DNA of 63,340 nt, filler included, from 4 parts of 4 records of this genome joined end to end with filler, not necessarily neighbours in it; one strand, 5' to 3'. Numbered from the whole stretch's first letter, positions 40,406 to 50,799 are shown. A program made the numbers and translations. The notes: a model not told the origin generated them from the sequence alone.

Positions 40406-41605
40406 ATGAGCAATGTTATTTATAAAGTTATGTTCTCTGGTGAAATTGAGTCGACAGCTTCTGTTGAAGATGTCAAAGAGAAACTTGCTGCTAGGTTCAA
40501 GATGAGCAAAGAGCAAACAGAACGACTGTTTACAGGGGGCAAAAACAGTGTCAAGAAAAGTGCTGATCTTCAAATGTGTCAAAAAATCCAGGCTGCATTT
40601 CAGGAAGCTGGGGCTGTCTGCGCCATAGAAGAAGATGAACCTGACCTGCCTTCTTTCCAAGCAGTTGAGAGAAATGACGCCCCGGACAATCAGGCGCAAT
40701 CCCATACCCAGAAGCCGGTTTCAGATACCCCTCCAGATGAGAATTTACTGGCCTGCTCAGGGTGCGGCAAAATGTTTGCATCAGACAACCTGATTGAATA
40801 TGAAGGTGCCAGGATTTGTGCAGAGTGCAAGCCAACCTTTATGCAACGGTTACAAGAGGGGGCGCCCGTAACCGGCAGTGCACTTTCCGGCGAGTATGGC
40901 TCAATAGAAAAAGGCGTGTCCGGCCGGTATGATTTTTCCATTTCCGGGGTGATGTCAGAAGCCTGGTCCCTGGTAAACGGCACCAAGGCAACAGTGACCG
41001 GAGGCATGGTCATCATGTATGCCATCGCATTTGGTCTTACGATGATTCTGGGCGTAATCAGCGCTATCCTGATTCCCATGATGATCGGTGCCTCCCCGAA
41101 CAACCCGAATGCGGTTATGGGGATATCAATAGCATTACAGATTGTGACCCAGGTTATTGTCATGGCGATCTCCTATCCATTGACAGCCGCTCTGATTTTA
41201 ATCGGAATCCGGCGTTCTGTTGGGCTTCCCATTTCATTTTCCATGATATTTTCCTGTTTTAACCGTGTCTTTTCCCTGCTGGCACTCAATATTTTAATGT
41301 TGGTCCTTGTGACGATCGGTTTTCTATTTCTGATCCTTCCCGGAATATATCTTTGTGTCTCCTACATCATGGCTATGCCGCTTATGGTGGAAAAAAACAT
41401 GTCTATCTGGCAGGCCCTGGAGACTTCCCGCAAGGCGGTTTCAAAAAAATGGTTTAAAATATTTGGCCTGGGGGCCGTGGTCTTTTTGATTATGATGGTC
41501 AGCATAATTCCTTTAGGCATTGGCCTTATCTGGACAATGCCGTTTAGCTTCATTGTAATCGGCATACTTTACAGGGAAATGTTCGGGGTTGAGGCGTCTG
41601 CTTAA
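40406..41605 (+). CDS. Membrane protein with a small N-terminal alpha/beta domain, a zinc ribbon and a multi-TM domain
   Basis: YKVMFSGE...KLAARFK, CSGC...CAEC, then 5-6 TM with LILPGIYL and QALETSRK. Confidence 0.8.
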   Translation: MSNVIYKVMFSGEIESTASVEDVKEKLAARFKMSKEQTERLFTGGKNSVKKSADLQMCQKIQAAFQEAGAVCAIEEDEPDLPSFQAVERNDAPDNQAQSHTQKPVSDTPPDENLLACSGCGKMFASDNLIEYEGARICAECKPTFMQRLQEGAPVTGSALSGEYGSIEKGVSGRYDFSISGVMSEAWSLVNGTKATVTGGMVIMYAIAFGLTMILGVISAILIPMMIGASPNNPNAVMGISIALQIVTQVIVMAISYPLTAALILIGIRRSVGLPISFSMIFSCFNRVFSLLALNILMLVLVTIGFLFLILPGIYLCVSYIMAMPLMVEKNMSIWQALETSRKAVSKKWFKIFGLGAVVFLIMMVSIIPLGIGLIWTMPFSFIVIGILYREMFGVEASA

Positions 41606-41630
41606 TAACGTAAACTATTAACGTAAACAA

Positions 41631-42275
41631 ATGCCCGGTTCAAAAACAATGAATAACGCTGAAAATAAAGATAGGGGGGACCAGCATTGGCAGACTGAGT
41701 TGACATGCCCGGTTTGTGATGCCCCCCTTAAACCTGGAAAAACAAATCAGATTGTCGATATCACCTGCCCTTTATGTAGTGCCGGGGTGCAGACCGCTGT
41801 ATTCCCGGCACTGTTTCAACACCAGGTAAAACATCACAAATCCTCATCCCTGATCATGGCGGATGAAACAAGCTGCTTTTACCATAAAAACAAAAAAGCG
41901 GTTTTACCTTGTTCTGTCTGTGGCCGTTTTATGTGCACCCTTTGCGATATGCATATTAATGGCCGGCATCTGTGCCCGGCCTGCATGAAATCCTGCAAAC
42001 AGGAACTTGGCAATCTTGAAAATCATCGGGTGCTTTATGATAAGATTGCATTTTATCTGGCAATTATTCCCTTTACTATTTTTTTCTGGTTTACGACGGT
42101 TATAACAGCACCTGCAACCATATTCGTGGTTATACGCTACTGGAAAGAACCCAACAGCATTGTATCCGGCAGCCGTTTTCGTTATATTACTGCATTGGTG
42201 TTTGCCTTGTTTCAGATTACAGGCATCGCTCTTTTAATTTACTGGTTAATGAAAATGAATCCCATGAACCGATGA
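41631..42275 (+). CDS. Zinc-ribbon plus B-box-like zinc-finger membrane protein
   Basis: CPVC/CPLC, CFYH...CSVCGRFMCTLC...CPAC, C-terminal TM segments. Confidence 0.8.
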   Translation: MPGSKTMNNAENKDRGDQHWQTELTCPVCDAPLKPGKTNQIVDITCPLCSAGVQTAVFPALFQHQVKHHKSSSLIMADETSCFYHKNKKAVLPCSVCGRFMCTLCDMHINGRHLCPACMKSCKQELGNLENHRVLYDKIAFYLAIIPFTIFFWFTTVITAPATIFVVIRYWKEPNSIVSGSRFRYITALVFALFQITGIALLIYWLMKMNPMNR

Positions 42276-42724
42276 AAAATAAGCCCTACAAAAAATTCCC
42301 GGGTTCCCGGACATTCCTGGCAAAGGATTCCTTGTGGCTTGGACAGGACCATATGCTCTATGTGGTACTGTGGTTTATCACTGAAGAGTATAGGCGTTTT
42401 TATTTTAAAGATATTCAAGCCATTACGATGCACCGCACCCCCGCCTGGAAAAGGCTGAATATCCTTTTCAGTATTCTTGGGGGGGTATCAATCCTGGTCG
42501 CCCTGCTATCGAAAAATGGCTTTCACATATTTTTTTTTATCGTAACCGGTGTTGTTTTTGTTGTTTTTCTGATCCACCTTATTCAGGGGCCAACCTGTGA
42601 GTGCTACATCCAGACGGCTGTCCAGAAAGTCAAACTGACCCCTTTGAAAAGAGTACGAAAAGCAAAAAAAGTAATGGAACAATTAACGATTTTTGTCAGA
42701 AAAGAACAACCCTCTAATGCATGA
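42272..42724 (+). CDS. Two-TM hypothetical protein
   Basis: SLWLGQDH, EEYRRFYFKDIQAI, GPTCECYIQTAV; ATGA overlap. Confidence 0.8.
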   Translation: MKNKPYKKFPGSRTFLAKDSLWLGQDHMLYVVLWFITEEYRRFYFKDIQAITMHRTPAWKRLNILFSILGGVSILVALLSKNGFHIFFFIVTGVVFVVFLIHLIQGPTCECYIQTAVQKVKLTPLKRVRKAKKVMEQLTIFVRKEQPSNA

Positions 42725-43040
42725 AATTTCCCGTCAGCGCTGTTTTAATCATGAAGACCGGGAAGCAGCAGCCCTGTGCCCGGAATGCAGCCGCTTTTTT
42801 TGCCGGGAATGCGTAACCGAGCATAACGGCCGTGTCCTTTGTTCGGAATGCATTGGAAAACAGTTGAACACCTTGAAGCTGCGGTCAAACTATTTTAGCA
42901 GGACAGCCCATGCAATCCTGATTTTACTGGGAGTTCTCACAGCCTGGTATTTCTTTTTCTATACCGGCCAAACCCTGCTTGCCCTGCCGGACGCTTTCCA
43001 TGACGGCACTTTCTGGAAAACGGAAACCCTGTTCAAATGA
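42717..43040 (+). CDS. B-box-like zinc finger with one TM segment
   Basis: CFNH...CPECSRFFCRECVTEH...CSEC; start placed at ATG 42717. Confidence 0.8.
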   Translation: MHEISRQRCFNHEDREAAALCPECSRFFCRECVTEHNGRVLCSECIGKQLNTLKLRSNYFSRTAHAILILLGVLTAWYFFFYTGQTLLALPDAFHDGTFWKTETLFK

Positions 43041-44677
43041 AGTCCCAGACCGGATATGCCGGGATTGGAAGCATTGCGCTTCTGGAACAAACATTTTGTA
43101 TATTCCGGTCGTCACCACCCCAAACTCTTGTGACCTATTATCTGGGAGCCATGCCCTTTATCCTGGGACTTTTATATTTTCAGGCAGATATGAGCCAAAA
43201 CCCGTTTGCATCGGCTCACTGTGCCGCAGCCTCCCTGGCCCTTGCCGTGCTGTTTATATGGATGAAGTACTGGCAGGCGATTTTTCTGCTTAAAATTCAG
43301 GACCAGTTATACCACAGGCCATCTGTAACGCTGACCATTTCAGGCATATGCCGTCTGGTTTTCATCCAGGTCATTGTTCAACCCTCCGGTTTTTTTATTC
43401 TACCCCTTGCCTCCAATGTTTTATTTCCCTTTGCATGGGTATATGCACTTTACCAGAACGCGCTGACCTGCCGGCTGGATCAGCCGTTTAAATTCAGAAC
43501 CTTTTTAAAAAGTTCATGGCAAAAGGCTGCCTGGCAACCGGTGCAGAACCATTTTCTGCTCCTTTTTTATTCTCTTTTTTCTTTATTTGTAATGCTTAAT
43601 GTCTGTGCAGGCCTGATGCTTGCCCCAAGGCTGCTGAAAACACTTTTGGATATTGAAACCCAATTTTCCATGAGTGTGTACAGCATGCTCAATACAACCT
43701 TTCTTTTTACAGCCGTGGGCATCACCTATTTATGTACAGATCCCCTGGTAAAAATATCATATGCGATCAGGGGCATGCAGGCCTCCTGCGTTAAAACCGG
43801 GGATGATCTGAAAGCTGAATTCAAGTTTTTAAAAAAACAGACAAAAAGATCTGTGCTTATGGGCATTGTCTTTTTAGTCATGTTTTGCGGTACGGGTTTT
43901 TCCACGGCACGGGCACAGCAGGTTGAAAATAATGCAGCCATCACCAGTGAATCTTTGGACCAGTCCATTAAAGAGGTCATGGCAAGGCCTGAATTCACCT
44001 GGCGTATGCCTCGGGAGAAAATCAATAAAGGCCAAGACATGCATGGCTTTGTTGAACAGATCATGGCATGGCTGGCAAGCCAGATCAAAAAGGTGTCAGA
44101 TCTTGTAGAGTACACGGAAACGTTTTTTAAATGGCTTAAAGACCTTTTCCCCGAGTTTGATTCTGAAAAAAAAGAGAAAAATTTTTCACTGGATATACGC
44201 TCTTTTTTCATTATTTTTTCCATTGGGCTTGTCTGTTTTTTGGGTGTATGGGGGCTGCAAAGGATAGTTTCCAATAAAAAAACCCGGGCACAGGAAAATA
44301 TTGATCCCCCCCAGATTATCCCAAATCTGGCAGATGAAGATGTCCGGGCAGACCAGCTTCCATCCGACAAGTGGTTTTCAATGGCAGAAGAGCTCACAGC
44401 AAAGGGAGATTTTAAGATGGCTTTAAGGGCCTTTTACCTTTCTACCTTGTCTTTTCTTGGCGAATCACACCTGATTTCAATTGCACGGTATAAATCCAAT
44501 TTTGATTATAACCGGGAACTTTGTCGGCGTGCCCATGAAAAAAAAGACCTTCTCGGGCTATTTAAACAAAATATACTTATCTTTGAAAAAACCTGGTATG
44601 GCATGGCCCGGGTAGACAGGCACGATGTCGGACTGTTCAGGGAAAACCATGAAAAAATCGTCTCCGTTGCAAAATAA
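43037..44677 (+). CDS. Multi-TM protein with a C-terminal DUF4129 domain
   Basis: GDFKMALRAFYL, YKSNFDY, FEKTWYG; ATGA overlap. Confidence 0.8.
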   Translation: MKSQTGYAGIGSIALLEQTFCIFRSSPPQTLVTYYLGAMPFILGLLYFQADMSQNPFASAHCAAASLALAVLFIWMKYWQAIFLLKIQDQLYHRPSVTLTISGICRLVFIQVIVQPSGFFILPLASNVLFPFAWVYALYQNALTCRLDQPFKFRTFLKSSWQKAAWQPVQNHFLLLFYSLFSLFVMLNVCAGLMLAPRLLKTLLDIETQFSMSVYSMLNTTFLFTAVGITYLCTDPLVKISYAIRGMQASCVKTGDDLKAEFKFLKKQTKRSVLMGIVFLVMFCGTGFSTARAQQVENNAAITSESLDQSIKEVMARPEFTWRMPREKINKGQDMHGFVEQIMAWLASQIKKVSDLVEYTETFFKWLKDLFPEFDSEKKEKNFSLDIRSFFIIFSIGLVCFLGVWGLQRIVSNKKTRAQENIDPPQIIPNLADEDVRADQLPSDKWFSMAEELTAKGDFKMALRAFYLSTLSFLGESHLISIARYKSNFDYNRELCRRAHEKKDLLGLFKQNILIFEKTWYGMARVDRHDVGLFRENHEKIVSVAK

Positions 44678-45905
44678 AAAATTGCAGGTGCTGCTGTTTA
44701 TTGTCCTGGGTACAGCCTTTATGGCCGGGATTGCACAATTGTTTGTGCTGCGTTTTGAAAAAGGGGATATCTATCCCCCCTACTCTTCTTTTCGTGCTGA
44801 TCCGTTAGGCACAAAGGCATTGTATGCCAGTTTGGAAAATCTTGACGGGGTATCTGTCAAAAGAAATTATTATGCGTTTAAAAAACTTGAGGCCCATAAG
44901 GATACCGCTGTTTTATACCTGGCTGCCTCCGTTGGCCCATGCTTTTTAAGTGCTGAAGATACCGGCCAGTTTGACCGGTTTGTCCGGGAAGGGGGCCGTG
45001 TCATTATCTCATTTGCAGGGGGCAAAAAATCATTTTATTCAAAAAAGACCTCCCATGAAAAAACAGATGAGGCTGCACCGGAAGACAATGCCGGAAAAAT
45101 AAATAAGGACGACCAAAAAAAACAAGCTGATGATCCGGATGAACAGCAAAGTCCCCCCGTTTATTTAACCGATCTGTGGGGTTTTTCCCTGGAGCATGGC
45201 GAAACACAGGATCTGGACAGTTTAACCGCCCATCCCTGCGGCACCCGGGCATTAAAAAACGCATCCCCCATTGACTGGCATTCCAGCCTTTACTTTGGCG
45301 CGCTTGATGAGCATTGGAAGGTGTTGTACCAGGCAGGGGATTATCCGGTCATCATTGAAAGGGAACTAGGTCAAGGCTCGATATTTATGGCGGCGGATTC
45401 TTTTTTTTTAAGCAATGAATCACTTGCCGCCCATCCCCATACCGGGCTGCTGGTGGCAATGACGGCAGGTGCCGGGACCATGATTTTTGATGAATCTCAT
45501 TTTGGCATTCAATCCCAGTCCGGCATTGCAGGGCTTATGGGCAAATATAACCTGCAAGGCCTTTTGATCGGCTTCATTGCCGTCATGCTGATTTTTGTCT
45601 GGAAAAATGCCTTTTATTTTATGCCCGTAACCCAGGAAAATGCGAATCATGACACCCCCCGGCACATATCTGCCAGGGATTACTCTGCCGGACTCACAAG
45701 TCTTTTGCAAAAAAATATCAGTCCTAAAAATATTTTATCCCTGTGTGTAACACAATGGCAGAAAACCCTTTCCTTGGCACACCCGGAGGACATTGACGAT
45801 GCCAAAAAAATGGAAAGAATCCGGTCAGCAGCCAATAACAAGAAAGATCCGGTTGAAGGGTACAACACGATTTGCGAAATATTGTCGGAGAAAAAAACAT
45901 TATGA
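44649..45905 (+). CDS. DUF4350-domain membrane protein
   Basis: YSSFRADPLGTKALY, FVREGGRVII, FLSNESL, IFDESH; start placed at MKKSS. Confidence 0.78.
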   Translation: MKKSSPLQNKKLQVLLFIVLGTAFMAGIAQLFVLRFEKGDIYPPYSSFRADPLGTKALYASLENLDGVSVKRNYYAFKKLEAHKDTAVLYLAASVGPCFLSAEDTGQFDRFVREGGRVIISFAGGKKSFYSKKTSHEKTDEAAPEDNAGKINKDDQKKQADDPDEQQSPPVYLTDLWGFSLEHGETQDLDSLTAHPCGTRALKNASPIDWHSSLYFGALDEHWKVLYQAGDYPVIIERELGQGSIFMAADSFFLSNESLAAHPHTGLLVAMTAGAGTMIFDESHFGIQSQSGIAGLMGKYNLQGLLIGFIAVMLIFVWKNAFYFMPVTQENANHDTPRHISARDYSAGLTSLLQKNISPKNILSLCVTQWQKTLSLAHPEDIDDAKKMERIRSAANNKKDPVEGYNTICEILSEKKTL

Positions 45906-46867
45906 GCAACACCATTGAAAAAATTACCCAGGTGGTGACCGTTGCAAAAAAGGAAGTGGCAAAGGTGATCATCGGCCAGAACCACGTCATTGACAAGTCC
46001 CTGATCGCCATATTCACCGGCCACCATGTTTTAATTGAAGGGGTTCCCGGGGTTGCCAAAACCCTGCTTGTAAAAACCCTGGCCCATGTTCTTGGATGTG
46101 AATTTTCCAGAATTCAGTTCACACCGGACCTGATGCCCACGGATATTACCGGCACCAATGTGTTTAATCTTAAGGAAAATAATTTCACCCTTTTAAAAGG
46201 CCCTGTCTTTACAACCTTCCTTTTGGCAGATGAGATCAACCGCGCCCCTGCCAAAACCCAGTCCGCACTTTTGCAGGCCATGCAGGAAAGGGTGGTTACC
46301 ATTGACCGCAAAACCCATGCGCTGAATCCTAATTTTACGGTTTTTGCCACCCAGAACCCCATTGAATACGAGGGCACCTATCCTCTGCCCGAAGCCCAGA
46401 AAGACAGATTTTTGCTCAAAATCACCATGGACCATCCCAGCAGGGAAGAAGAGCTGCGCCTTGCCAAAAGCATGCTTGGGGACAGCTCGCCTGAGTCAAT
46501 GATTGAAAAAGGCGCTGTAAAAAAAATAATTAAACCCGAAATACTGGCTGCCCTGCGCAAAATGCTCATGCAGGTCACGGTAAAAGAGCAATTGGTGGAC
46601 TATCTAGTGGATATTATCCGCCAGACCCGTACTCACCAAAGTGTTTACGCCGGGGCAGGCCCCAGGGCAACCCAGTCGCTGCTGCTGGCAGCACGGGCAT
46701 TTGCCGCGTTGCAAGGCCGTGCTTTTGTAACACCTGATGATATCAAGGACCTTGCAATACCGACCCTGGAACACCGTCTTGTTTTACGTCCTGAATATGA
46801 AATTGAAGGGCTTACCGTAAAGGAGGTGATTGAAAACGTTTTACAAAATACGGCTGTGCCGAGGTAG
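45902..46867 (+). CDS. MoxR-family AAA+ ATPase
   Basis: GVPGVAKT, RIQFTPDLMPTD, LADEINRAPAKTQSALL, ATQNPIEYEGTYPLPEAQKDRF. Confidence 0.96.
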   Translation: MSNTIEKITQVVTVAKKEVAKVIIGQNHVIDKSLIAIFTGHHVLIEGVPGVAKTLLVKTLAHVLGCEFSRIQFTPDLMPTDITGTNVFNLKENNFTLLKGPVFTTFLLADEINRAPAKTQSALLQAMQERVVTIDRKTHALNPNFTVFATQNPIEYEGTYPLPEAQKDRFLLKITMDHPSREEELRLAKSMLGDSSPESMIEKGAVKKIIKPEILAALRKMLMQVTVKEQLVDYLVDIIRQTRTHQSVYAGAGPRATQSLLLAARAFAALQGRAFVTPDDIKDLAIPTLEHRLVLRPEYEIEGLTVKEVIENVLQNTAVPR

Positions 46868-46875
46868 ATGGCCCA

Positions 46876-48267
46876 ATGCGCATTGTCCCCAGCAACCGGC
46901 TGCTTTTCTGGACAGGTTTCCTTTTTCTGCCCGCGACAACCATTGCAGCCATGGTTCCCCAGGCCTGGATTTCCTGTTATGCACTCCTTGCTGCATTTAT
47001 CCTGGTGACAATTGCAGACATCTTTATTTCAAGGGATATTTTTAACGGCGTCCGTGTGGAACTGCCTGAAATTGTACGAATGACCAAAGGCCGTGAAGCC
47101 AGGATAACTATTCAGATTTGCGATGATAACTCAAAAATAAAGCACCTGAGGTTGGGCTTTTTGTTTCCGCGTTATATCGTCAGTGACTGCCATGATGCTT
47201 ATGTTGAACTGCCGACCGGGGAGGAGACTCTTTCTTTGCCGTGGGCCTGCAGGGCACTTAAAAGGGGACGCTATCTGCTTGAAAACTGCTATCTTGAAGC
47301 GGCGTCCCCCCTTGGATTCTGGGCCAGACGGCATACTGCCGGGGTAAGCTGTGAAATACGAGCATATCCAGACCTGCTGGTTGAACGTAAAACCCTGGCC
47401 GCTTTTCTTAGGAAAAATAATTCCGGGATTCACGCCCAGCATCAAATCGGCAAAGGCAGGGATTTTGAACACTTAAGAAAATACATCCCGGGTGACAGCT
47501 TCAAAGATATCCACTGGAAGGCAACGGCCAAACGCAGACAGCCCATTTCCAAAATTTACCAGATCGAAAAAACACAAAATATCTATGTGATTATTGATGC
47601 GTCACGCCTGGGAGCCAGGAACGCTGCAACATTTAACAAAGGGCTGGGCAACCAGGATCAGCAAAGCCTTTCCCGGGCATCAGAAAGAAAAGATTTTCAG
47701 GATACGATCCTGGAAAGATACATTACAGCAGCCCTTGCTGTGGGTATGGCTGCCGAAAAACAGGGGGACAACTTTGGCATCGCCGCTTTTTCGGACCATG
47801 TTTTAAAATTTCTTCGGGCCGGAACCGGCCGCACCCATTACCAGAGTTGTCGGGATGTGATTTACCTGCTGGAAAACGAAAAAGTAACCCCGGATTTCAC
47901 AGAATTATGCACAACCCTTGGTTCAAAAATAAGAAAAAGGTCTTTGCTGATTTTTTTAACCTCCCTGGATGACCCTGCCCTGGCGGAAAATTTTTTACAA
48001 AATATAGAGATGCTGCGCAAACGCCATCTTGTTATGGTCAACACGTTAAAACCGGCATTGGCCAATCCCTTGTTCTCTTACCAGGTAAAAGGCCTGGTCA
48101 ATGACCTGTATTGCCACCTTGCCGGACATTTTTTATGGGAATCTCTTGGCCGGACCGCCGGAGCACTTCACCGGATGGGTGTTGATTTCACCTTGCTGGA
48201 TAATGATAAAATGTGCCTGCAGTTGATAACGCAATACCTGAACATCAAAAAAAGACAGGTATTATGA
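46876..48267 (+). CDS. DUF58 / vWA-like MoxR partner
   Basis: DFEHLRKYIPGD..KDIHWKATA, IDASR, GDNFG; two N-terminal TM segments. Confidence 0.92.
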   Translation: MRIVPSNRLLFWTGFLFLPATTIAAMVPQAWISCYALLAAFILVTIADIFISRDIFNGVRVELPEIVRMTKGREARITIQICDDNSKIKHLRLGFLFPRYIVSDCHDAYVELPTGEETLSLPWACRALKRGRYLLENCYLEAASPLGFWARRHTAGVSCEIRAYPDLLVERKTLAAFLRKNNSGIHAQHQIGKGRDFEHLRKYIPGDSFKDIHWKATAKRRQPISKIYQIEKTQNIYVIIDASRLGARNAATFNKGLGNQDQQSLSRASERKDFQDTILERYITAALAVGMAAEKQGDNFGIAAFSDHVLKFLRAGTGRTHYQSCRDVIYLLENEKVTPDFTELCTTLGSKIRKRSLLIFLTSLDDPALAENFLQNIEMLRKRHLVMVNTLKPALANPLFSYQVKGLVNDLYCHLAGHFLWESLGRTAGALHRMGVDFTLLDNDKMCLQLITQYLNIKKRQVL

Positions 48268-49283
48268 TCATTGAATTAAATAAATTTATCCGGGAAGAAA
48301 GAAAGTACTGGACTGAACTTGGCACCTTGCTTGACCGGTTAGAAACAGACCCGGGCTACACCATGGATATTGAGGCGATTAAACGGTTCCATTACCTGTA
48401 TCAAAAATCATCTGCCGATCTTGCACGTATGGTAAATTTTTCAGGGGAACAACAAATCCGGCAATACCTTGAATCCCTGGTAGCCAGAGCCTTTGCCCAG
48501 ATCCATGAAACCCGGCACAAAACGTACAGATTTTCCCTGCTGCAATTTTGTTTTTCAACAATTCCTGTAACCTTTCGCCGTCATATTACAGCTTTCTGGC
48601 TGAGCCTTGCCGTTTTTACACTGGGCTGTCTTTTTGGTGCCTCAGCCATCAGCTTTGATAAAGACGCCAAAGATGTCCTCATGCCTTTCTCTCATTTGCA
48701 ACAGGACCCTGCAGACCGGGTTGCGAAAGAAGAAAGCGGCAAAAACAAACATCTTGAAAAAGGCAAAACCTCTTTTTCTTCCTTTTTGATGACGCATAAT
48801 ACCAAGATATCCATTCTTTCCATGGGCCTGGGCATGACGTGGGGCATTGGCACCATTATCATGCTTTTTTCAAACGGGGCCATGCTTGGTGCGGTGGCTG
48901 CAGATTATATGATTGCCGGCCAGTCAAAATTCCTTTTAGGCTGGCTGCTTCCCCACGGCTCCATCGAAATCCCTGCCCTTTTGATTGCAAGCCAGGCAGG
49001 TTTCATTCTTGCGGTAGCAATTATCGGATGGGGAAAACCTGTGCCCATAAAAACACGGCTGCGACAGGTTGCTCCGGACCTGGTAATTCTGATTTCCTGT
49101 GTTGCCATGATGCTTGTCTGGGCCGGACTGATTGAAGCATTTTTATCACAATATCATGAGCCTGTTATTTCCTATGAAATAAAAATTGCGTTTGGTGCTG
49201 TAGAATTATTTTTCCTGGTCCTGTTTTTGTCTATGTCTGGCAGGCCCGGCAGACCTGGCAAGTCAGGCAGAAAACCATCTTAA
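48264..49283 (+). CDS. SpoIIM (DUF95)-family membrane protein
   Basis: YQKSSADLA, HNTKIS, NGAMLG, LPHGSIE, AGLIEAF; ATGA overlap. Confidence 0.9.
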   Translation: MIIELNKFIREERKYWTELGTLLDRLETDPGYTMDIEAIKRFHYLYQKSSADLARMVNFSGEQQIRQYLESLVARAFAQIHETRHKTYRFSLLQFCFSTIPVTFRRHITAFWLSLAVFTLGCLFGASAISFDKDAKDVLMPFSHLQQDPADRVAKEESGKNKHLEKGKTSFSSFLMTHNTKISILSMGLGMTWGIGTIIMLFSNGAMLGAVAADYMIAGQSKFLLGWLLPHGSIEIPALLIASQAGFILAVAIIGWGKPVPIKTRLRQVAPDLVILISCVAMMLVWAGLIEAFLSQYHEPVISYEIKIAFGAVELFFLVLFLSMSGRPGRPGKSGRKPS

Positions 49284-49318
49284 AAAAAACATAACCGCAT
49301 GAGCAAAAAAGATCGAAC

Positions 49319-50092
49319 ATGAGCGAGCGCAACAAAAATATTCTAAAAATCCAAACCCCTGAAGGAATCACCTTCGCTTTGAGGCTTGCCGGTCCAATGA
49401 CACGTTTTTTGGCATGGCTCATTGATCTGGCGATCATTGCAATTTTGATGAATATAATCGGTATTGCCGTTTTACTGTTAAATATTATCTCCCCCGATGT
49501 TGCCAATGCGTTTGCCGTTCTGATGTATTTTACCCTTTCCATTGGATACTCAATTGCCTTCGAATGGCTCTGGAACGGCCAAACTGTGGGCAAGCGCATC
49601 CTACGGTTACGGGTAACGGATGTTCAGGGCCTTCACTTAAGATTCAATCAAATCGTAATACGAAATCTTCTTCGATTTGTGGACAGCCTGCCTGCCACTT
49701 ACCTTGTTGGCGGGACAGCTTGTTTTTTGTCCGGAAAATCACAAAGGTTAGGCGACATGGCTGCCAATACCATAGTTGTCTGGAATCCCAAAATATCCGA
49801 GCCGGATTTAACACAGATCCTGTCAGATAAATACAATTCGTTCAGGGATTATCCCCATCTCACCGCAAGGCTGCGCCAGGACATATCCCATATCGAAGCG
49901 GAGATGGCTCTCCAGGCAATTCTCAGGCGGGATGAATTAAGCCCTTTGGACCGTGTTGAGCTTTTCGGTAATATTGCCGCCCATCTTAAAACAATAACAG
50001 CCTTTCCCCAACAGGCTTTTGACGGTTTATCAGATGAGCAATACACTCGCAATATCGTGGATGTACTTTACAACACAAATAGTACCCATTGA
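49319..50092 (+). CDS. RDD-family membrane protein
   Basis: TPEG, RFLAWLID, GQTVGKR, IRNLLRFVD, QRLGDMAANTIVV. Confidence 0.92.
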   Translation: MSERNKNILKIQTPEGITFALRLAGPMTRFLAWLIDLAIIAILMNIIGIAVLLLNIISPDVANAFAVLMYFTLSIGYSIAFEWLWNGQTVGKRILRLRVTDVQGLHLRFNQIVIRNLLRFVDSLPATYLVGGTACFLSGKSQRLGDMAANTIVVWNPKISEPDLTQILSDKYNSFRDYPHLTARLRQDISHIEAEMALQAILRRDELSPLDRVELFGNIAAHLKTITAFPQQAFDGLSDEQYTRNIVDVLYNTNSTH

Positions 50093-50129
50093 AAAATTAG
50101 ATCTTTACACACTGTAAAAAAACGTGACA

Positions 50130-50229
50130 NNNNNNNNNNNNNNNNNNNNNNNNNNNNNNNNNNNNNNNNNNNNTTAATTAATTAANNNNNNNNNNNNNNN
50201 NNNNNNNNNNNNNNNNNNNNNNNNNNNNN
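50130..50229. other. Artificial contig linker
   Basis: N-runs flanking TTAATTAATTAA. Confidence 0.99.
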
Positions 50230-50754
50230 AAACTGTGGCATCATCTCTTTATGATGTACTATAGGTCCAGCTATTAATTGGGGGAAAAATGTTACAAATA
50301 CAGCGTAGTTTAAAAGATTATACTCTTTTGTTTTCTCTTTATAACTATCAACTAAATAAGCAATTTGTTGAAAAGTAAAAAATGATATTGCAAGTGGTAA
50401 AGTTACATGAAAGAGTTCAACTTGACTCTCTATAAAGAAATTGATATTTTCTAAAAAAAAGTCCATATATTTAAAGTACCCTAGTAAAAGGATATTTATA
50501 CTTATACCAAATATTAAGATCGATTTTTTATGTAAAATATCTTTTGATAAAGCTCTTCCTATAGTATAATTAAAAAGCATCGAAATAAGAATAATAGGGA
50601 GGTATACTATATTCCACCAGCTATAAAAGAATAAACTACTAAATACTAAAAACCCTTTACTAGCAAGAGTAAGTTTCTTATGATTGAGATAAAAATAGAT
50701 AAAAAAGGTTAGGGGTAAAAAAATAAAAATAAATTCATATGAGTTAAATAACAC
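50230..50754 (-). CDS. MBOAT O-acyltransferase (AlgI/PatA/DltB-like), N-terminal fragment
   Basis: MLFNSYEFIFIFLP, LPLAISFFTFQQIAY, FFPQLIAGPIV. Confidence 0.92.
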
Positions 50755-50799
50755 TTTTTACCCTATTTTTTAAAAGATCCTAAGTAAAGCTAAAAAGAT

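Noticed and set aside
48264-49283. Sporulation role for the SpoIIM-family gene
   Set aside because: Family name only; the context is a MoxR/RDD operon on a contig with no other sporulation genes.
30141-50229. Three identical TTAATTAATTAA motifs within N-runs, and ORFs running into them
   Set aside because: Artificial contig spacers; ORFs containing X and any cross-linker gene neighbourhoods are artefacts.
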